A DNA stretch of 64,000 nt, taken from a virus. Location of the stretch: the IMG/VR virus record IMGVR_UViG_3300046167_000921, positions 113,494 to 177,493 of that record. The stretch is one strand, 5' to 3'. The translations under genes and the position numbers were made by a program. Under the pieces are notes generated by a model. It was not told where the DNA came from, searched no databases, and worked only from the letters and a program-made list of their open reading frames with translations. Positions 1 to 9,860 of the stretch are shown here, piece after piece. Position 1 is the stretch's first letter. Each line of letters starts with the position of its first letter.

Positions 1-2064
1 TTTCTGGCAAGTTCCCTGAGAGTTGAAGACACAAGAACCACACTTGCTAGTTTTTAACAAGGTAGGGATCTGGTTTGCTCTGTGTATTAAAGCACCCTTA
101 TCGCACCCTTCAGTCCCATTGGACAGGTATGCCTCTGCGTCTACATAGGCGTGTCCTGAGAGACCTTCGTGCTCATCTCTTAGGGAGGCGATCTTAGATT
201 GGTACTCATGTACTACGTTCTCGTTGAATCTTGAGGTAAGAAGAATATTTAACTCTTCACCGACCGCTCCTTCACTCATTTTTCTCTTTAGCCAAGAAGA
301 GACTTTCTGCTCAGTGGCACTTACAACATTAGATTTTTTATGACCCAGCACATGAGCAGTTTCTTCTCCCACATACACATTAGACTCGCTTGGTGTCGCC
401 GCGAATTCGAAAGCTTTTCTCACGAAGTCGTTAGGGTCTTCTATAGAGCTTATCTTTTCATATTGCTCTTTGCCCAATAGTCCCGTCGATAAGAGCTTAT
501 CAACTTTTGCATTGGCGGCCTTCCAAGAATTCGCGTTGGCTCTCTTCTCTCTACTAGGGAGAGGCTCTACTGCTTTGTTTCGAGCCTTAGTCATCCTATG
601 CTCTGTTAGGCTATACTCTTGATAAGACCTCTGCTCTGCAGGTCTGGCTATGACTTCAAGAACAGAGGCAAGCTTGTCTTCGGGTGTCTTCTTTCCTTGG
701 ATAGCTTCCCCTACTTCTTCGTAGGAGATCTCACCCGCCCTTAAGAGTTGAGATATCTTTAACATAGCGGATTTCTGACGCTTTGCGTATTCTCGTTCTT
801 CTTTACGGGGTACACTTGCTTCCCTAGAGATCTTCTCTTTCTTCATATTGAAATATGAAGTACTCTCACCTTGCCCGCTATAATCTGATGCCGCCGACGG
901 TCGGCTTGCCATCCTATACAAAAGGTTTATCTTCTCTGTAGGAGTTCCTTTAGAGTTTAGGGCCTTTGTTGTCTCGCTCTCGCCGAGAAACCCTTGTGAG
1001 ACGAGCTGTCCTGCAATCTTCTCAAGTCTCCTTTGAGCGGTCGAAGTTTCTCTGTGTTCCCTTGAATCAACCTTTTCAACAATAGTAGAGGTTTTCTTCA
1101 GGTTACTAGTGCCGTCATGGTTAGGAAACCAAGTCTGTGTAGCAACAGACTCTGGTTGCTTGCTCATTTGAGAGAAGAGACTCTTGATCTTCTCTTTGTA
1201 GCTTGAGCCTGCTTCCTTCTCTATGCCACAAGCTTCAAACTTAGGCTTGAGCAAAGAGTGGGCTTTCTTCCAAGATATATCTTTAACACTAGCGACAACT
1301 TCCATCCCCAAGAACCTGTCAAAAGGAGTTCCTTTGGCGATCAGGTACATGCATGAAGCACACTTCTTGTTAATTTCCGCATCCCACTTTCCATTGAAGA
1401 TACCTGGGAAGTGGCTCGCTCTGATGTAGACCTTTCCGTATAGACCTGAATCTTTCGAGAGCCTCCCCCTTAGCTCCTTGTCCTCTACCGATTTGAGATC
1501 TAGGTTGTCAAAAGCGAGCTTCCTGTATGCCTTTTCTTTTTTTTCTCGGTAAGAGTCACCTGGTAACTTGCTTTGTTCTTTTCGGTATGGGTTTAAATAA
1601 GGCTCATTCTTATGGTTGGTGTTAGGGATGATAGTCGTACCATCAGTAGAGGCAGAACCCCATAGCTCTTGAAGGGCTTTGAGGTTGCTTGCCTCAGGGT
1701 CATTGAGGTTTCCCTCTTCCATATTCTTAATAACTTCTTCAAGGGATCTTACACCCTTAAGGTCGGGCTCGGGTTGTGAAGCAAGCCAAGAGTGATCCAC
1801 AAGGTTAATGTCTTGACCTGCGTCTCTTGTGAGTTCCGCCATATTCAAGTCGGCTTCGACAGCTAAGCCATCAGGCATATCAGAGTGTAGATTACCATCA
1901 GGAGGGACGATACCTCGAGGTAAACCTGCGATCCCTTTAGCTTCAGGGAGGCGTGCTCCGTCGAGGACACCATCATTATATTCGGTGTCGAAGTGGAAGC
2001 CGTCTAACATGTAGTTAGAACCGTTTGTAAGGGAGAATCCTCCATTGGGTGTCTTGCTACTCAT
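1..2064 (-). CDS. Large hypothetical protein, truncated at the window edge (at least 688 aa), Cys-rich towards the C-terminus
   Basis: Absent from the ORF track. ATG at 2064 overlaps the TGA of 2061..2621 (ATGA). My manual translation stays open to position 1: MSSKTPNGGFSLTNGSNYMLDGFHFDTEY...EHEGLSGHAYVDAEAYLSNGTEGCDKGALIHRANQIPTLLKTSKCGSCVFNSQGTCQK. Confidence 0.8.
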   Translation of the reverse strand, partial: MSSKTPNGGFSLTNGSNYMLDGFHFDTEYNDGVLDGARLPEAKGIAGLPRGIVPPDGNLHSDMPDGLAVEADLNMAELTRDAGQDINLVDHSWLASQPEPDLKGVRSLEEVIKNMEEGNLNDPEASNLKALQELWGSASTDGTTIIPNTNHKNEPYLNPYRKEQSKLPGDSYREKKEKAYRKLAFDNLDLKSVEDKELRGRLSKDSGLYGKVYIRASHFPGIFNGKWDAEINKKCASCMYLIAKGTPFDRFLGMEVVASVKDISWKKAHSLLKPKFEACGIEKEAGSSYKEKIKSLFSQMSKQPESVATQTWFPNHDGTSNLKKTSTIVEKVDSREHRETSTAQRRLEKIAGQLVSQGFLGESETTKALNSKGTPTEKINLLYRMASRPSAASDYSGQGESTSYFNMKKEKISREASVPRKEEREYAKRQKSAMLKISQLLRAGEISYEEVGEAIQGKKTPEDKLASVLEVIARPAEQRSYQEYSLTEHRMTKARNKAVEPLPSREKRANANSWKAANAKVDKLLSTGLLGKEQYEKISSIEDPNDFVRKAFEFAATPSESNVYVGEETAHVLGHKKSNVVSATEQKVSSWLKRKMSEGAVGEELNILLTSRFNENVVHEYQSKIASLRDEHEGLSGHAYVDAEAYLSNGTEGCDKGALIHRANQIPTLLKTSKCGSCVFNSQGTCQK

Positions 2065-2621
2065 TTCTTCTTCCTTTCACTCAAGAAGTCCCTACTAGGG
2101 TCTTTTGGAGAGTCATCCTCTTCCTGTTCCTGCAAAGCCCAGCCTTCTGGGTCTCCCTTGATTTCTTCAATATCTTCCATAACTTGAACTAGTACTTTCT
2201 CTTGTTCAAGTTGCCAATGGTCAGCAGTGACTTCATCGTATAGGGTGTCGGACAAGGCAGAAAGAGCTTCGACAATATTCATGTATTGCCGCCTCATCGC
2301 CTTTATCTCCATAATGTAGCCTCTGCCTCCAAGATTTCCGTCTGGGGAGATGTCCCTAGACTTAATCTTAGCGAAGGTAGAATACGCACTCATGGCGTGA
2401 CCTAAAGCGGATAATGTGGCCCTAAGTACTTTAGCTAGGTTCTTATTGCACTTCTTATTGTATTTGTGCTCAGGGTCCATGAACCGAGAACTAGGGGGGT
2501 GTTGCCCCCAAGCCCAAGCATTAGAATCATCTCCGTGATCTTTGATAAAGCGGACTTCGCCCGCCGTCTTAACTCGTCTTGAATATTTCCGAGCTACGCT
2601 TTTTGGGTCTGCCTTACTCAT
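2061..2621 (-). CDS. Hypothetical protein (basic N-terminus RRVKTAGEVRFIKD, acidic C-terminus)
   Basis: ORF track 2061..2636. Start moved to ATG 2621 (MSKADP), which has a GAGAGG SD. Stop is coupled to the next ATG. Confidence 0.75.
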   Translation of the reverse strand: MSKADPKSVARKYSRRVKTAGEVRFIKDHGDDSNAWAWGQHPPSSRFMDPEHKYNKKCNKNLAKVLRATLSALGHAMSAYSTFAKIKSRDISPDGNLGGRGYIMEIKAMRRQYMNIVEALSALSDTLYDEVTADHWQLEQEKVLVQVMEDIEEIKGDPEGWALQEQEEDDSPKDPSRDFLSERKKK

Positions 2622-2661
2622 CTGACTACCTCTCAATATCTGTTACTGAGAGAGCAGGCTT

Positions 2662-2675
2662 ATAAATGAGATATT
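2662..2675 (-). promoter_or_regulatory. Putative phage late-promoter motif AATA-N5-TTTAT
   Basis: Minus strand reads AATATCTCATTTAT about 40 nt upstream of ATG 2621. Same pattern is seen upstream of several other minus-strand genes. Confidence 0.35.
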
Positions 2676-2821
2676 GAAGATCAGCACCTTATTGATCCTC
2701 AAAGAGTGAAACCTGTCTTTCTTTGACTTCTCCAACCTCGCATTCTCGACTCTGATTCCGACGTAGGATGTTTTGGCAACCAACGGGGGGGTCAAGTATA
2801 AACCCGAAGGCACACCTTCAA

Positions 2822-3778
2822 CTATTTTACCTCGGTGTTTACGATGTCATTAAGTCTGGACTTAAACTCTTCAGTCCAGCTCTTCTCCGCTGGAACATCT
2901 TTGGAAGAGGAGATGAAGTACAACTTGCCTACGCTAGGGTTAATTGAAGTGTATCCTCTGCCGTCTCTTTCATTGAGAAGGAAGTAGAAGTCACCCTGCT
3001 TGTTATAGCCTGCGGAGATGACCTCCCCTTCGTAATATATAACGGAGTATTCAGAGAGCTTGCTATCCATCAGGTCATTGAAGTTTCCATGTAGAGTTGT
3101 CTTCTTCTCCCTACTTTCGAGCATCGTTTGTGTCAAATCTCTACGAGCTTGGGGGGCTGGAGATTTACCGCCTCTGTCGTATACAACAGCAAACAGGGGC
3201 TTTGTGGCTGTAGATCCTAAGTAAGAATTAATGTTCCTAAATGCACGGTAGAGACCCACTTTGTCATGTGGTGCGAGGCTTTTCTCCCTCATCTGCTCAA
3301 GAACCTTCTCTTGCTTCTCAAGGTTGCCAGATTTCTCTGCGGCCTCGAGTTTATTTTGCAACCCTCTGATCCTTACAGGCAAGACTGCCTTGAATTTGAA
3401 TTTATTACCAGGCTTACCCGTCCTCAGGTCAATCGGTGCGACTTCAATCGTGCAATCTTCTCTTAGGTCTCTAGGTCTGGTGATATCGAGGATCACGCAG
3501 TACATGGGTTTTTCAGGCGTGTGCGTAAGTAAGCCACAGTTTTTAATATTCTGCGGGTGCGTGCATTTCTTCCCCTCGACCTTGACTACTTCTCCTACTT
3601 CGAGTGCTCCTTTCCTTTGGGTCTTTATAGATCCCTTTGGGTTAATGAAGACTCCTTGGGAAGAAAGATACGACTTTACCTCAGACTCGGTCATGCCTGT
3701 CGGGTTTGATAGCTTACCCCACGCCGCGAATGCTGCAGGGTCATTTGTGAGTGCGTTTGCACCTGATTCTTTTTTCAT
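2822..3778 (-). CDS. Hypothetical protein (318 aa)
   Basis: Long ORF with AAGGAG SD upstream. No motif recognised. Confidence 0.75.
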   Translation of the reverse strand: MKKESGANALTNDPAAFAAWGKLSNPTGMTESEVKSYLSSQGVFINPKGSIKTQRKGALEVGEVVKVEGKKCTHPQNIKNCGLLTHTPEKPMYCVILDITRPRDLREDCTIEVAPIDLRTGKPGNKFKFKAVLPVRIRGLQNKLEAAEKSGNLEKQEKVLEQMREKSLAPHDKVGLYRAFRNINSYLGSTATKPLFAVVYDRGGKSPAPQARRDLTQTMLESREKKTTLHGNFNDLMDSKLSEYSVIYYEGEVISAGYNKQGDFYFLLNERDGRGYTSINPSVGKLYFISSSKDVPAEKSWTEEFKSRLNDIVNTEVK

Positions 3779-3920
3779 GATTCATTCTCCTTTGGTCACC
3801 ATTCTGTTGAGTATAGATATATTATAAAAATACCTGATTGGGGCGAACAATAATATGTGTTAGATGAGCTCCGCTTATATGGAGGAGATAGGTTGCTCTA
3901 AATTCTGTTAGGAGACTCAA

Positions 3921-5210
3921 ATGCAGAAAGCCGTGATCCTCGACACAAGTGTTCTTATCCACGACCCTCAATCAATCAGATCTTATGCCGAAGACGTAAA
4001 GGTGCTGATACCGATTTTTGTGGTTATGGAGCTGGACATACTGAAAGATACAAGCCGAAGAGAGAAAGCTCATGTTGGTGCTCTCGCTCGAAAGGCATCT
4101 TCAATCATTCTTACTATGATAAAGGAGGGAACACTCGAGGTCGTCTCTCATGAGGAAGAGATCAACATCAAGTCTCTAGATCGAGCTTCTCAGATTCGAT
4201 ATGTAGACTTGCTCATCTTGCAAACCTCTATCTTCTTTAGTAAGAAGTACGACCTAAAGCTAGTGTCTAAGGATGTTAACTTGAGGATCATTGCTGAGTC
4301 TTACGGAATACTCTCAGAAGACTTTACCTCCGATTCTTCGACTTCAAACATCTACGACAGTCTTGGACTCAAAGAGTTTGTTCCAGATCATGTGTTGACC
4401 TCTTCTCTGGTGAAGTCTTATTGGGAGGGTGCAGTACGTATTCCTTTTGACCTTGACTTCAAGGCCTTCCAAAACGAATACTTCTGGTTCTTAGACAATA
4501 GGCAGAAGACGCATCTCTTCCAATTTAGAGACGACACTCTTTTCCCGATACACAAATCAGAACACCGCGTGAAGCCACGGAATCTAGAGCAACGTGCGGC
4601 TCTCGATCTTTTGATGGACTCAGAGGTAGAGTTGGTCGCCCTTCTAGGTAAAGCAGGTACGGGGAAAACATATCTCGCCCTCGCATCTGCCTTAGAGCAG
4701 ACTGCTCGGTATCACCGAATATTGCTCTCTAAGCCTGTCGTCGATGTTGGTAAAGGCATAGGCTTCCTTCCAGGTTCTATGTCAGAGAAGATGGAGCCTT
4801 GGATGCAGAGCTTCTTTGATAACCTCGACCAGATTAACCCTATGTGGGACACCTCACCATTGGGGCTGGAGGCAGGCTCGAAGGAGACCTTCTTAGAAAA
4901 AAACCAAATTGAGATACAACCGATACACTCCATAAGGGGTCGTTCTCTCAAGCAGGCTTATATGATCATAGATGAAGCTCAGAATCTCACTAAGCATGAG
5001 ATCAAGTCTATAATCACCAGAGCGGCAGAAGGCACAAAGGTTGTTCTTCTTGGAGACCCTTATCAGGTTGACCACCCTTACTTGGACACAAACTCTAACG
5101 GCCTTGTCTATGTCATTGAAAAAATGAGAGGTCAGTCGATCTTTGGCTGTGTGAGTCTTCATAAGTCAGAAAGGTCAACCCTCTCCGATATTGCCGCTGA
5201 TCTTTTGTAA
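3921..5210 (+). CDS. phoH: PIN-domain + PhoH-family ATPase (PhoH2/YlaK-like)
   Basis: N-terminal PIN motif VILDTSVLIHDP and LVSKDVNLRI. C-terminal Walker A GKAGTGKT, MEPWMQSFFDNL, RGRSL, IIDEAQNL, GDPYQVD. Confidence 0.9.
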   Translation: MQKAVILDTSVLIHDPQSIRSYAEDVKVLIPIFVVMELDILKDTSRREKAHVGALARKASSIILTMIKEGTLEVVSHEEEINIKSLDRASQIRYVDLLILQTSIFFSKKYDLKLVSKDVNLRIIAESYGILSEDFTSDSSTSNIYDSLGLKEFVPDHVLTSSLVKSYWEGAVRIPFDLDFKAFQNEYFWFLDNRQKTHLFQFRDDTLFPIHKSEHRVKPRNLEQRAALDLLMDSEVELVALLGKAGTGKTYLALASALEQTARYHRILLSKPVVDVGKGIGFLPGSMSEKMEPWMQSFFDNLDQINPMWDTSPLGLEAGSKETFLEKNQIEIQPIHSIRGRSLKQAYMIIDEAQNLTKHEIKSIITRAAEGTKVVLLGDPYQVDHPYLDTNSNGLVYVIEKMRGQSIFGCVSLHKSERSTLSDIAADLL

Positions 5211-5247
5211 TTTATCTATAATACTCTGGTTGAAAAAGGAGTATTAG

Positions 5248-5808
5248 ATGTTAAGTATGATCGAACGAATTGTGTTGAATAGGTTTCTTAATAAAAAGAA
5301 ATACAATCAGAGGTCTGTGTACGGTTTCTTGTGTAGGAAGATCTTTCTCGCTTCTCATAAAATTGTGTCGAAGAAAGAGGTTGAGGTTCTAGGTTCGTCT
5401 TTGTCTTCATATAGAGAAGGTGTGCCACAATACAACACCCCTATTAAGGTAATATCGGGGTTCGAGTCCATTGTTAAAATTACAATAGACCCAAAAGACC
5501 TTTTTAACGTACCTTGGCTATCCAAGGAACTCAAGATCTTAGCGGTAGCTCTTACGAAGTCGGGTAAGAAGTATCTCAAGTCCTTGCCCGTGGAAGTAAC
5601 TGCAGAACTTCTCGGCTTTGAGGAACACGAGGACATTCGCGTGCCACTAGGTTACGTAGTGGATGAGGTTTTTGACGACGAAACAAGGTACGGGTTTGGG
5701 GTAACCTCCATCGGGAAGACCCCTTCGGGGAAATTGGAATTTACCCTCAAGATGAATGTGGTGACTTACCCTTCTCTAAGAAGTGAGAGTCTTTACCCTG
5801 ACTTCTGA
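5248..5808 (+). CDS. Hypothetical protein
   Basis: 186-aa ORF with AAGGAG SD. No motif recognised. Confidence 0.65.
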   Translation: MLSMIERIVLNRFLNKKKYNQRSVYGFLCRKIFLASHKIVSKKEVEVLGSSLSSYREGVPQYNTPIKVISGFESIVKITIDPKDLFNVPWLSKELKILAVALTKSGKKYLKSLPVEVTAELLGFEEHEDIRVPLGYVVDEVFDDETRYGFGVTSIGKTPSGKLEFTLKMNVVTYPSLRSESLYPDF

Positions 5809-5960
5809 ATTGAATCGCGAGGGTTTCTCCTTCCATGTGGACATCAAAAGTCCCTTCATGCAGGAATAGCTCCTTGCCTCCTATCTTAACCGATACCTTG
5901 TTAAAACCTTTTGCTTCAATGGGGTCTACGCCTATGAGTATGACAGGCAGAGTCTTCTCC

Positions 5961-6464
5961 TCATAGCTTGAGTGGATTCCCTTTGTCATCAAAGAGCCTT
6001 TCTACTTCATAAGAACCGTCTTCTCCCATTTTAACAGTCCAGAGGTCTTCTGAGGACTTGTGTATGAGGGCAGGTTGTTCAGAGGCAAAGCACATAAGAG
6101 AAGGCCCGCTTAAAACTATAAAGTGTTCATCGAGGTTAGCTACTTTCATGCTAGCGACTTTGAGGAAGTCAGAGGGTATCCTGTCAATCTTGTTGCGGTT
6201 ATCGAATCGGACAAAGATTTCACCCTCTAAGCTCGTTATCTCCCCGTCGGGGGTGTCTACTGCGACAACGGTACCCTTTGTGCCTGACGAGGGTAATTGG
6301 CTTGGTAGTATAATGCCGTTGTTTGTGTGGGCTACCACCCTAGTACCTTGTTCAAAGGAGGGCGTTGCTGTCCGTCTCTTTCTGTCCGTCAGGTCAGAGA
6401 TGGTGGTCGAGAGTATAGAATCCAGACCTGAAGTCTTCGATGGGTTCGCAAATGAAATGTTCAT
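5961..6464 (-). CDS. Hypothetical protein
   Basis: ORF track 5961..6539. AAGGAG SD points to the start MNISFANP near 6464 (approximate). C-terminus LIHKSSEDLW...IERLF-like (YEVERLFDDKGNPLKL). Confidence 0.7.
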   Translation of the reverse strand: MNISFANPSKTSGLDSILSTTISDLTDRKRRTATPSFEQGTRVVAHTNNGIILPSQLPSSGTKGTVVAVDTPDGEITSLEGEIFVRFDNRNKIDRIPSDFLKVASMKVANLDEHFIVLSGPSLMCFASEQPALIHKSSEDLWTVKMGEDGSYEVERLFDDKGNPLKL

Positions 6465-6493
6465 AACTTTTCTCCTTTTCTTACTCCCTATTA

Positions 6494-6507
6494 ATAAAGG
6501 GAATATT
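6494..6507 (-). promoter_or_regulatory. Putative late-promoter motif AATA-N5-TTTAT
   Basis: Minus strand AATATTCCCTTTAT about 30 nt upstream of the inferred start of the 5961 gene. Confidence 0.35.
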
Positions 6508-6778
6508 AACCAACGAAGCACAATAGGTAGTTCACACATAGAAACTGAGATCCTTTTGCGTCTAAGGGTCTATTGTCCTTGCTAATCTGTATTTCTGATC
6601 TCATATGACAATCAGTGTCGAAGAAAATCGTGCTTCCTTCTTTTTCCTCGCACATACCCCTGACAAACCACAGGTAGTGCTTCATCTTGAGTTCTAATAT
6701 CTTGTCTGTTACTTCTCCAAAGTCTGTTGACAGGTACTCTTCTATCTGCCCTTTACTTTTGAACACTATCCTATACAC
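6506..6778 (-). CDS. Small hypothetical protein
   Basis: 90-aa ORF, AGGAGG SD upstream. Confidence 0.5.
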   Translation of the reverse strand: MYRIVFKSKGQIEEYLSTDFGEVTDKILELKMKHYLWFVRGMCEEKEGSTIFFDTDCHMRSEIQISKDNRPLDAKGSQFLCVNYLLCFVG

Positions 6779-6853
6779 ACTTCCTCCTTTTTTTCTGTTT
6801 GGGTGCGTGTGGTTTCTTATAAGAGGGTAGAATGTCTATGATAGGAGAGTAAC

Positions 6854-7786
6854 ATGAAAAGATTATATTGGTCACATATTAGTATGGTGAGGAAATGCCC
6901 TCTAAGATATCTTTGGTACAAAGGTCACCCCGACCACGATCTTGGTGCGGGCTTCGGTAAGCCCAAGCCTTTGGCTTTTGAGGAGAGACCTAGTGAGCAT
7001 TTTAAGCTCATGGGGTCGGTCTTATCAAAGGTGGTGGAGGTTATGTATAATGATCGACTCTTAGAGAACCCAAAAGATTGCTTGTCAAAACTTACAGAGA
7101 TTGCTCAAGGGGAATTTGAAGAGCTGGAGCAGACTCATCACATCATGTGGACGTATCTCACAAGGGAAGAAGCCATGAAGGTTTGTCTCGACGGCGTTCG
7201 GAACTTCTTAGAGATTGTCAAAGACCACAAGATGATCTCTAAGACCTATGCTCAGTCTGAGCTAAGTATGACACCCCAGATCAATAAAAGCCTGAAAGTA
7301 TGCGGTATCGCAGACCTTGTATACCGAGACTTAGACGGGAAACTTTGGATACTTGATGGTAAGAACGCCTCTACACCTATGAAGTATGAAGATGAAGACC
7401 AATTGAAATGGTACGCTCTCTGTTTCAGGCTTGAGTATGGTGTTTTGCCTGATAAGCTGGGGTTCTTCTACTTTAGATATCCGAAGTCGAACCCTCCAAA
7501 GAAGAACCCAAGCCCTAGTTCTGAGTGGACAGGGCTGGTTGAAGTTTCTTTAACTGAGGATGACATCAGGAGACTAGGTAACGAAGCAATCGAAACTCAC
7601 AGGCTCATTGAGCGGGGAGTTTTCGAGGCAAACCCTGTACCCAAAAACTGCTCTTTCTGTGACTTTGAGAATATCTGTGAAGCGAGGCAGGAGCAAAAGA
7701 AACTTAACGCAGCTAAACGTAAGCCAAAAGAGCCGAAAGAATATGAGAATTACAAGGTGCTTACATTAGGGAGTATGAAGCTATGA
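6854..7786 (+). CDS. PD-(D/E)xK RecB/Cas4/AddB-family exonuclease with probable 4Fe-4S cluster
   Basis: N-terminal KCP, catalytic GIADL...ILDGK, QLKWY, and C-terminal CSFCDFENIC: the 1+3 cysteine staple typical of AddB/Cas4-like nucleases. Confidence 0.85.
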   Translation: MKRLYWSHISMVRKCPLRYLWYKGHPDHDLGAGFGKPKPLAFEERPSEHFKLMGSVLSKVVEVMYNDRLLENPKDCLSKLTEIAQGEFEELEQTHHIMWTYLTREEAMKVCLDGVRNFLEIVKDHKMISKTYAQSELSMTPQINKSLKVCGIADLVYRDLDGKLWILDGKNASTPMKYEDEDQLKWYALCFRLEYGVLPDKLGFFYFRYPKSNPPKKNPSPSSEWTGLVEVSLTEDDIRRLGNEAIETHRLIERGVFEANPVPKNCSFCDFENICEARQEQKKLNAAKRKPKEPKEYENYKVLTLGSMKL

Positions 7787-8043
7787 ATACAGAGGCGATA
7801 TTACACAAAAAGCAAGATCTTCTATCTCGTAGAGAAAGACTGCTTGGTAAACTAGAGGCGGCTAGAGAGAATCTTTCCAAGATAGATGAGAGGTTGAGGG
7901 AGAAGGGTATAGATCCAGAATCCCTTGAAGACGAAATCAATCGGCTTCGATCAGAAAACGAAGCCCAAAAAGCCAAACTGACTCAGGCACTAGAGCTTGC
8001 AGAATCGGTTATTGAAAAAATAGAAAGTAGAGTAAGAGGATGA
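7783..8043 (+). CDS. Small coiled-coil protein
   Basis: 86 aa, heptad-rich. Overlaps both neighbours by 4 nt. Confidence 0.7.
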   Translation: MNTEAILHKKQDLLSRRERLLGKLEAARENLSKIDERLREKGIDPESLEDEINRLRSENEAQKAKLTQALELAESVIEKIESRVRG

Positions 8044-9245
8044 AAATATCTATATCCACCCAAGACCTAAAGTCCGCAGTCACGTTAGCTTCTAACACAC
8101 TAGGCGTGGCTTCTGATATCACTAGCCACTTCGTATTTGTGAAGGATGGGAATGGGGCTAGCGTAATGTCTTGCTCTCTCCCTCGAACCTTCTCTAAAGT
8201 TCCTTTGTTAGGTGCTCAGGTAACAGGGGAGGGTTCTTTCACCGTTGAAGGTAAGAGACTAATCCAAATGTTGGGTGCTGTAACAGGAGTGGTCAACATT
8301 GAAATGGGTGACGATAAGAATGTGAAGTTCACTCTCCCTAATGGACAGCTTGCGTTGACGAGCCTAGACCCTGACTCATTTCCTTCATGGTTGTCCCGTG
8401 TAGATACGGCTTCTCAAATGAAGGATACGAAGGTCTCCGCTTCAATCTTGTTCGACACATTCAACTCTTTGAAGAGTTATGTCTCTACAGAAGAGAGCAG
8501 GTCTGAGTTGGCTCAGTTGTATGTTGACTCAGGTAAAGCTTATGCTTGCGATGGCTTTGGGATGTCTGTCGCTCGATCTGAGAGCCTTGACGACCTGTCT
8601 TTGAAGATCCACACTAAGGATATTTCACCACTCTTAAAGTTCCTCAAGAGTAAGGAATCGGATCAAGTAGAGATCCTCAAGGGGGATCAATCTTCTTTCT
8701 TTAAGGCAGAGGACGGAAGTCTCTTTGGCTTGATGGATATCCCTTCCAATTATCCTAAAACAATCCTCAGCTACGCGGAAGCCTTCGATTGGGTGCCTCA
8801 GAGAGTATGGGGTGTCAAGAAGGGGAGTTTGAACACCGCGATCAAGTTCTTGAGAGCAGGTGCGGATAAGGATGATCTGAAGGTTAGCCTTACTGATGAG
8901 GGGGATATGCTTCCCTTAAAGCTCTCAATGCGACCTAGCAACGGAAGAGGCGAGCTGAGCTACAGCTTGAGTCCCGCTTCTCTCGAAAACCCAGACCAAG
9001 CAATAGAGCTCTTCACATCACCTGATGAGAAGATGTTTGTTGAGAGGTCTCGTAAAGGAGAGACGGAGGAGTCTTTTGACTCATTCTCTTTCAACTACCA
9101 ATATATGACCCGTGCGATAGAGTCTATGTCTTCTGACAACATCTTCATCGGGTGTAACCGAGAGAACAACAAGGGCTATATGATCTTTAAGGTTCTTCAA
9201 GACTCTGGTGTAGAAACCGTAAGTGTCGTAGGTTGGATGGTCTAG
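8040..9245 (+). CDS. dnaN: DNA sliding clamp (DNA polymerase III beta-like)
   Basis: 401 aa. Begins MKISISTQDLKSAV, has GSFTVEGKRL, LTSLDPDSFP, AYACDGFGMS and FNYQYM, paralleling beta-clamp segments. Divergent. Confidence 0.65.
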   Translation: MKISISTQDLKSAVTLASNTLGVASDITSHFVFVKDGNGASVMSCSLPRTFSKVPLLGAQVTGEGSFTVEGKRLIQMLGAVTGVVNIEMGDDKNVKFTLPNGQLALTSLDPDSFPSWLSRVDTASQMKDTKVSASILFDTFNSLKSYVSTEESRSELAQLYVDSGKAYACDGFGMSVARSESLDDLSLKIHTKDISPLLKFLKSKESDQVEILKGDQSSFFKAEDGSLFGLMDIPSNYPKTILSYAEAFDWVPQRVWGVKKGSLNTAIKFLRAGADKDDLKVSLTDEGDMLPLKLSMRPSNGRGELSYSLSPASLENPDQAIELFTSPDEKMFVERSRKGETEESFDSFSFNYQYMTRAIESMSSDNIFIGCNRENNKGYMIFKVLQDSGVETVSVVGWMV

Positions 9246-9860
9246 ATGGACATCCGATCCCGACTCTCTTACCTAGAGGTGTTACACAAGAGCTCAGTCT
9301 CACGGGTGCGTTCTTTAGAGACGGAGGTCGGACTTCTTGAAGTTTCTCTTGATCTCGCTAATGAGGCGAACCTCATCCTTGACCGTCTTGCAGAAGACGA
9401 GGTTACTCAAGGTGTCTCAGCCTATGTGTGCCTCTTAGAGGAGGGGTTGAAGGCAATCTTCCCTGAGCAAGAGGTAGGTTTGCACGCAGAGGTCTTGAAG
9501 CTCAGAGGTAAGGTGTCTGTAAGACTCAAAACCAGCTTTAAAGGCGAGGATGGTATAGAAGTGGTGGGTGAGGGTCTGGATTCCTTTGGCGGTGCTGTGG
9601 CGACAATCCAGAGCCTTCTCTTGAGGGTGTCTCTGGTCTTGAAGAGAAACCTCAGACCGCTCTTGGTACTTGATGAGACTTTCCCTTCAGTAGATGTCGG
9701 TCGGTCTGAGATCTTAGTTGGATTTCTAAAGGTTCTTTGCCAGAGACTCAATATGGACATTCTCTGTATTAGTCACGATTCTACGATTGCAGATGGTGCT
9801 GACATAGGTTACAAAGTCACTGCTTCTAAGACAGGGGCGAAGATTAAGAGAATCACATGA
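9246..9860 (+). CDS. C-terminal half of a Rad50/SbcC (gp46-like) ABC ATPase
   Basis: Short coiled coil, then signature-like SFGG, Walker B LLVLDETF and H-loop LCISHD. No Walker A in this ORF. Confidence 0.75.
   Translation: MDIRSRLSYLEVLHKSSVSRVRSLETEVGLLEVSLDLANEANLILDRLAEDEVTQGVSAYVCLLEEGLKAIFPEQEVGLHAEVLKLRGKVSVRLKTSFKGEDGIEVVGEGLDSFGGAVATIQSLLLRVSLVLKRNLRPLLVLDETFPSVDVGRSEILVGFLKVLCQRLNMDILCISHDSTIADGADIGYKVTASKTGAKIKRIT

Noticed and set aside
5747-5992. 81-aa minus-strand ORF
   Set aside because: Overlaps neighbours at both ends and has no clear SD/start pairing. Cannot be supported, though not excluded.
6854-7786. Cas4 as part of a CRISPR system
   Set aside because: No repeat-spacer array or other cas genes seen. 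Context (clamp, Rad50 half) fits a stand-alone recombination nuclease.
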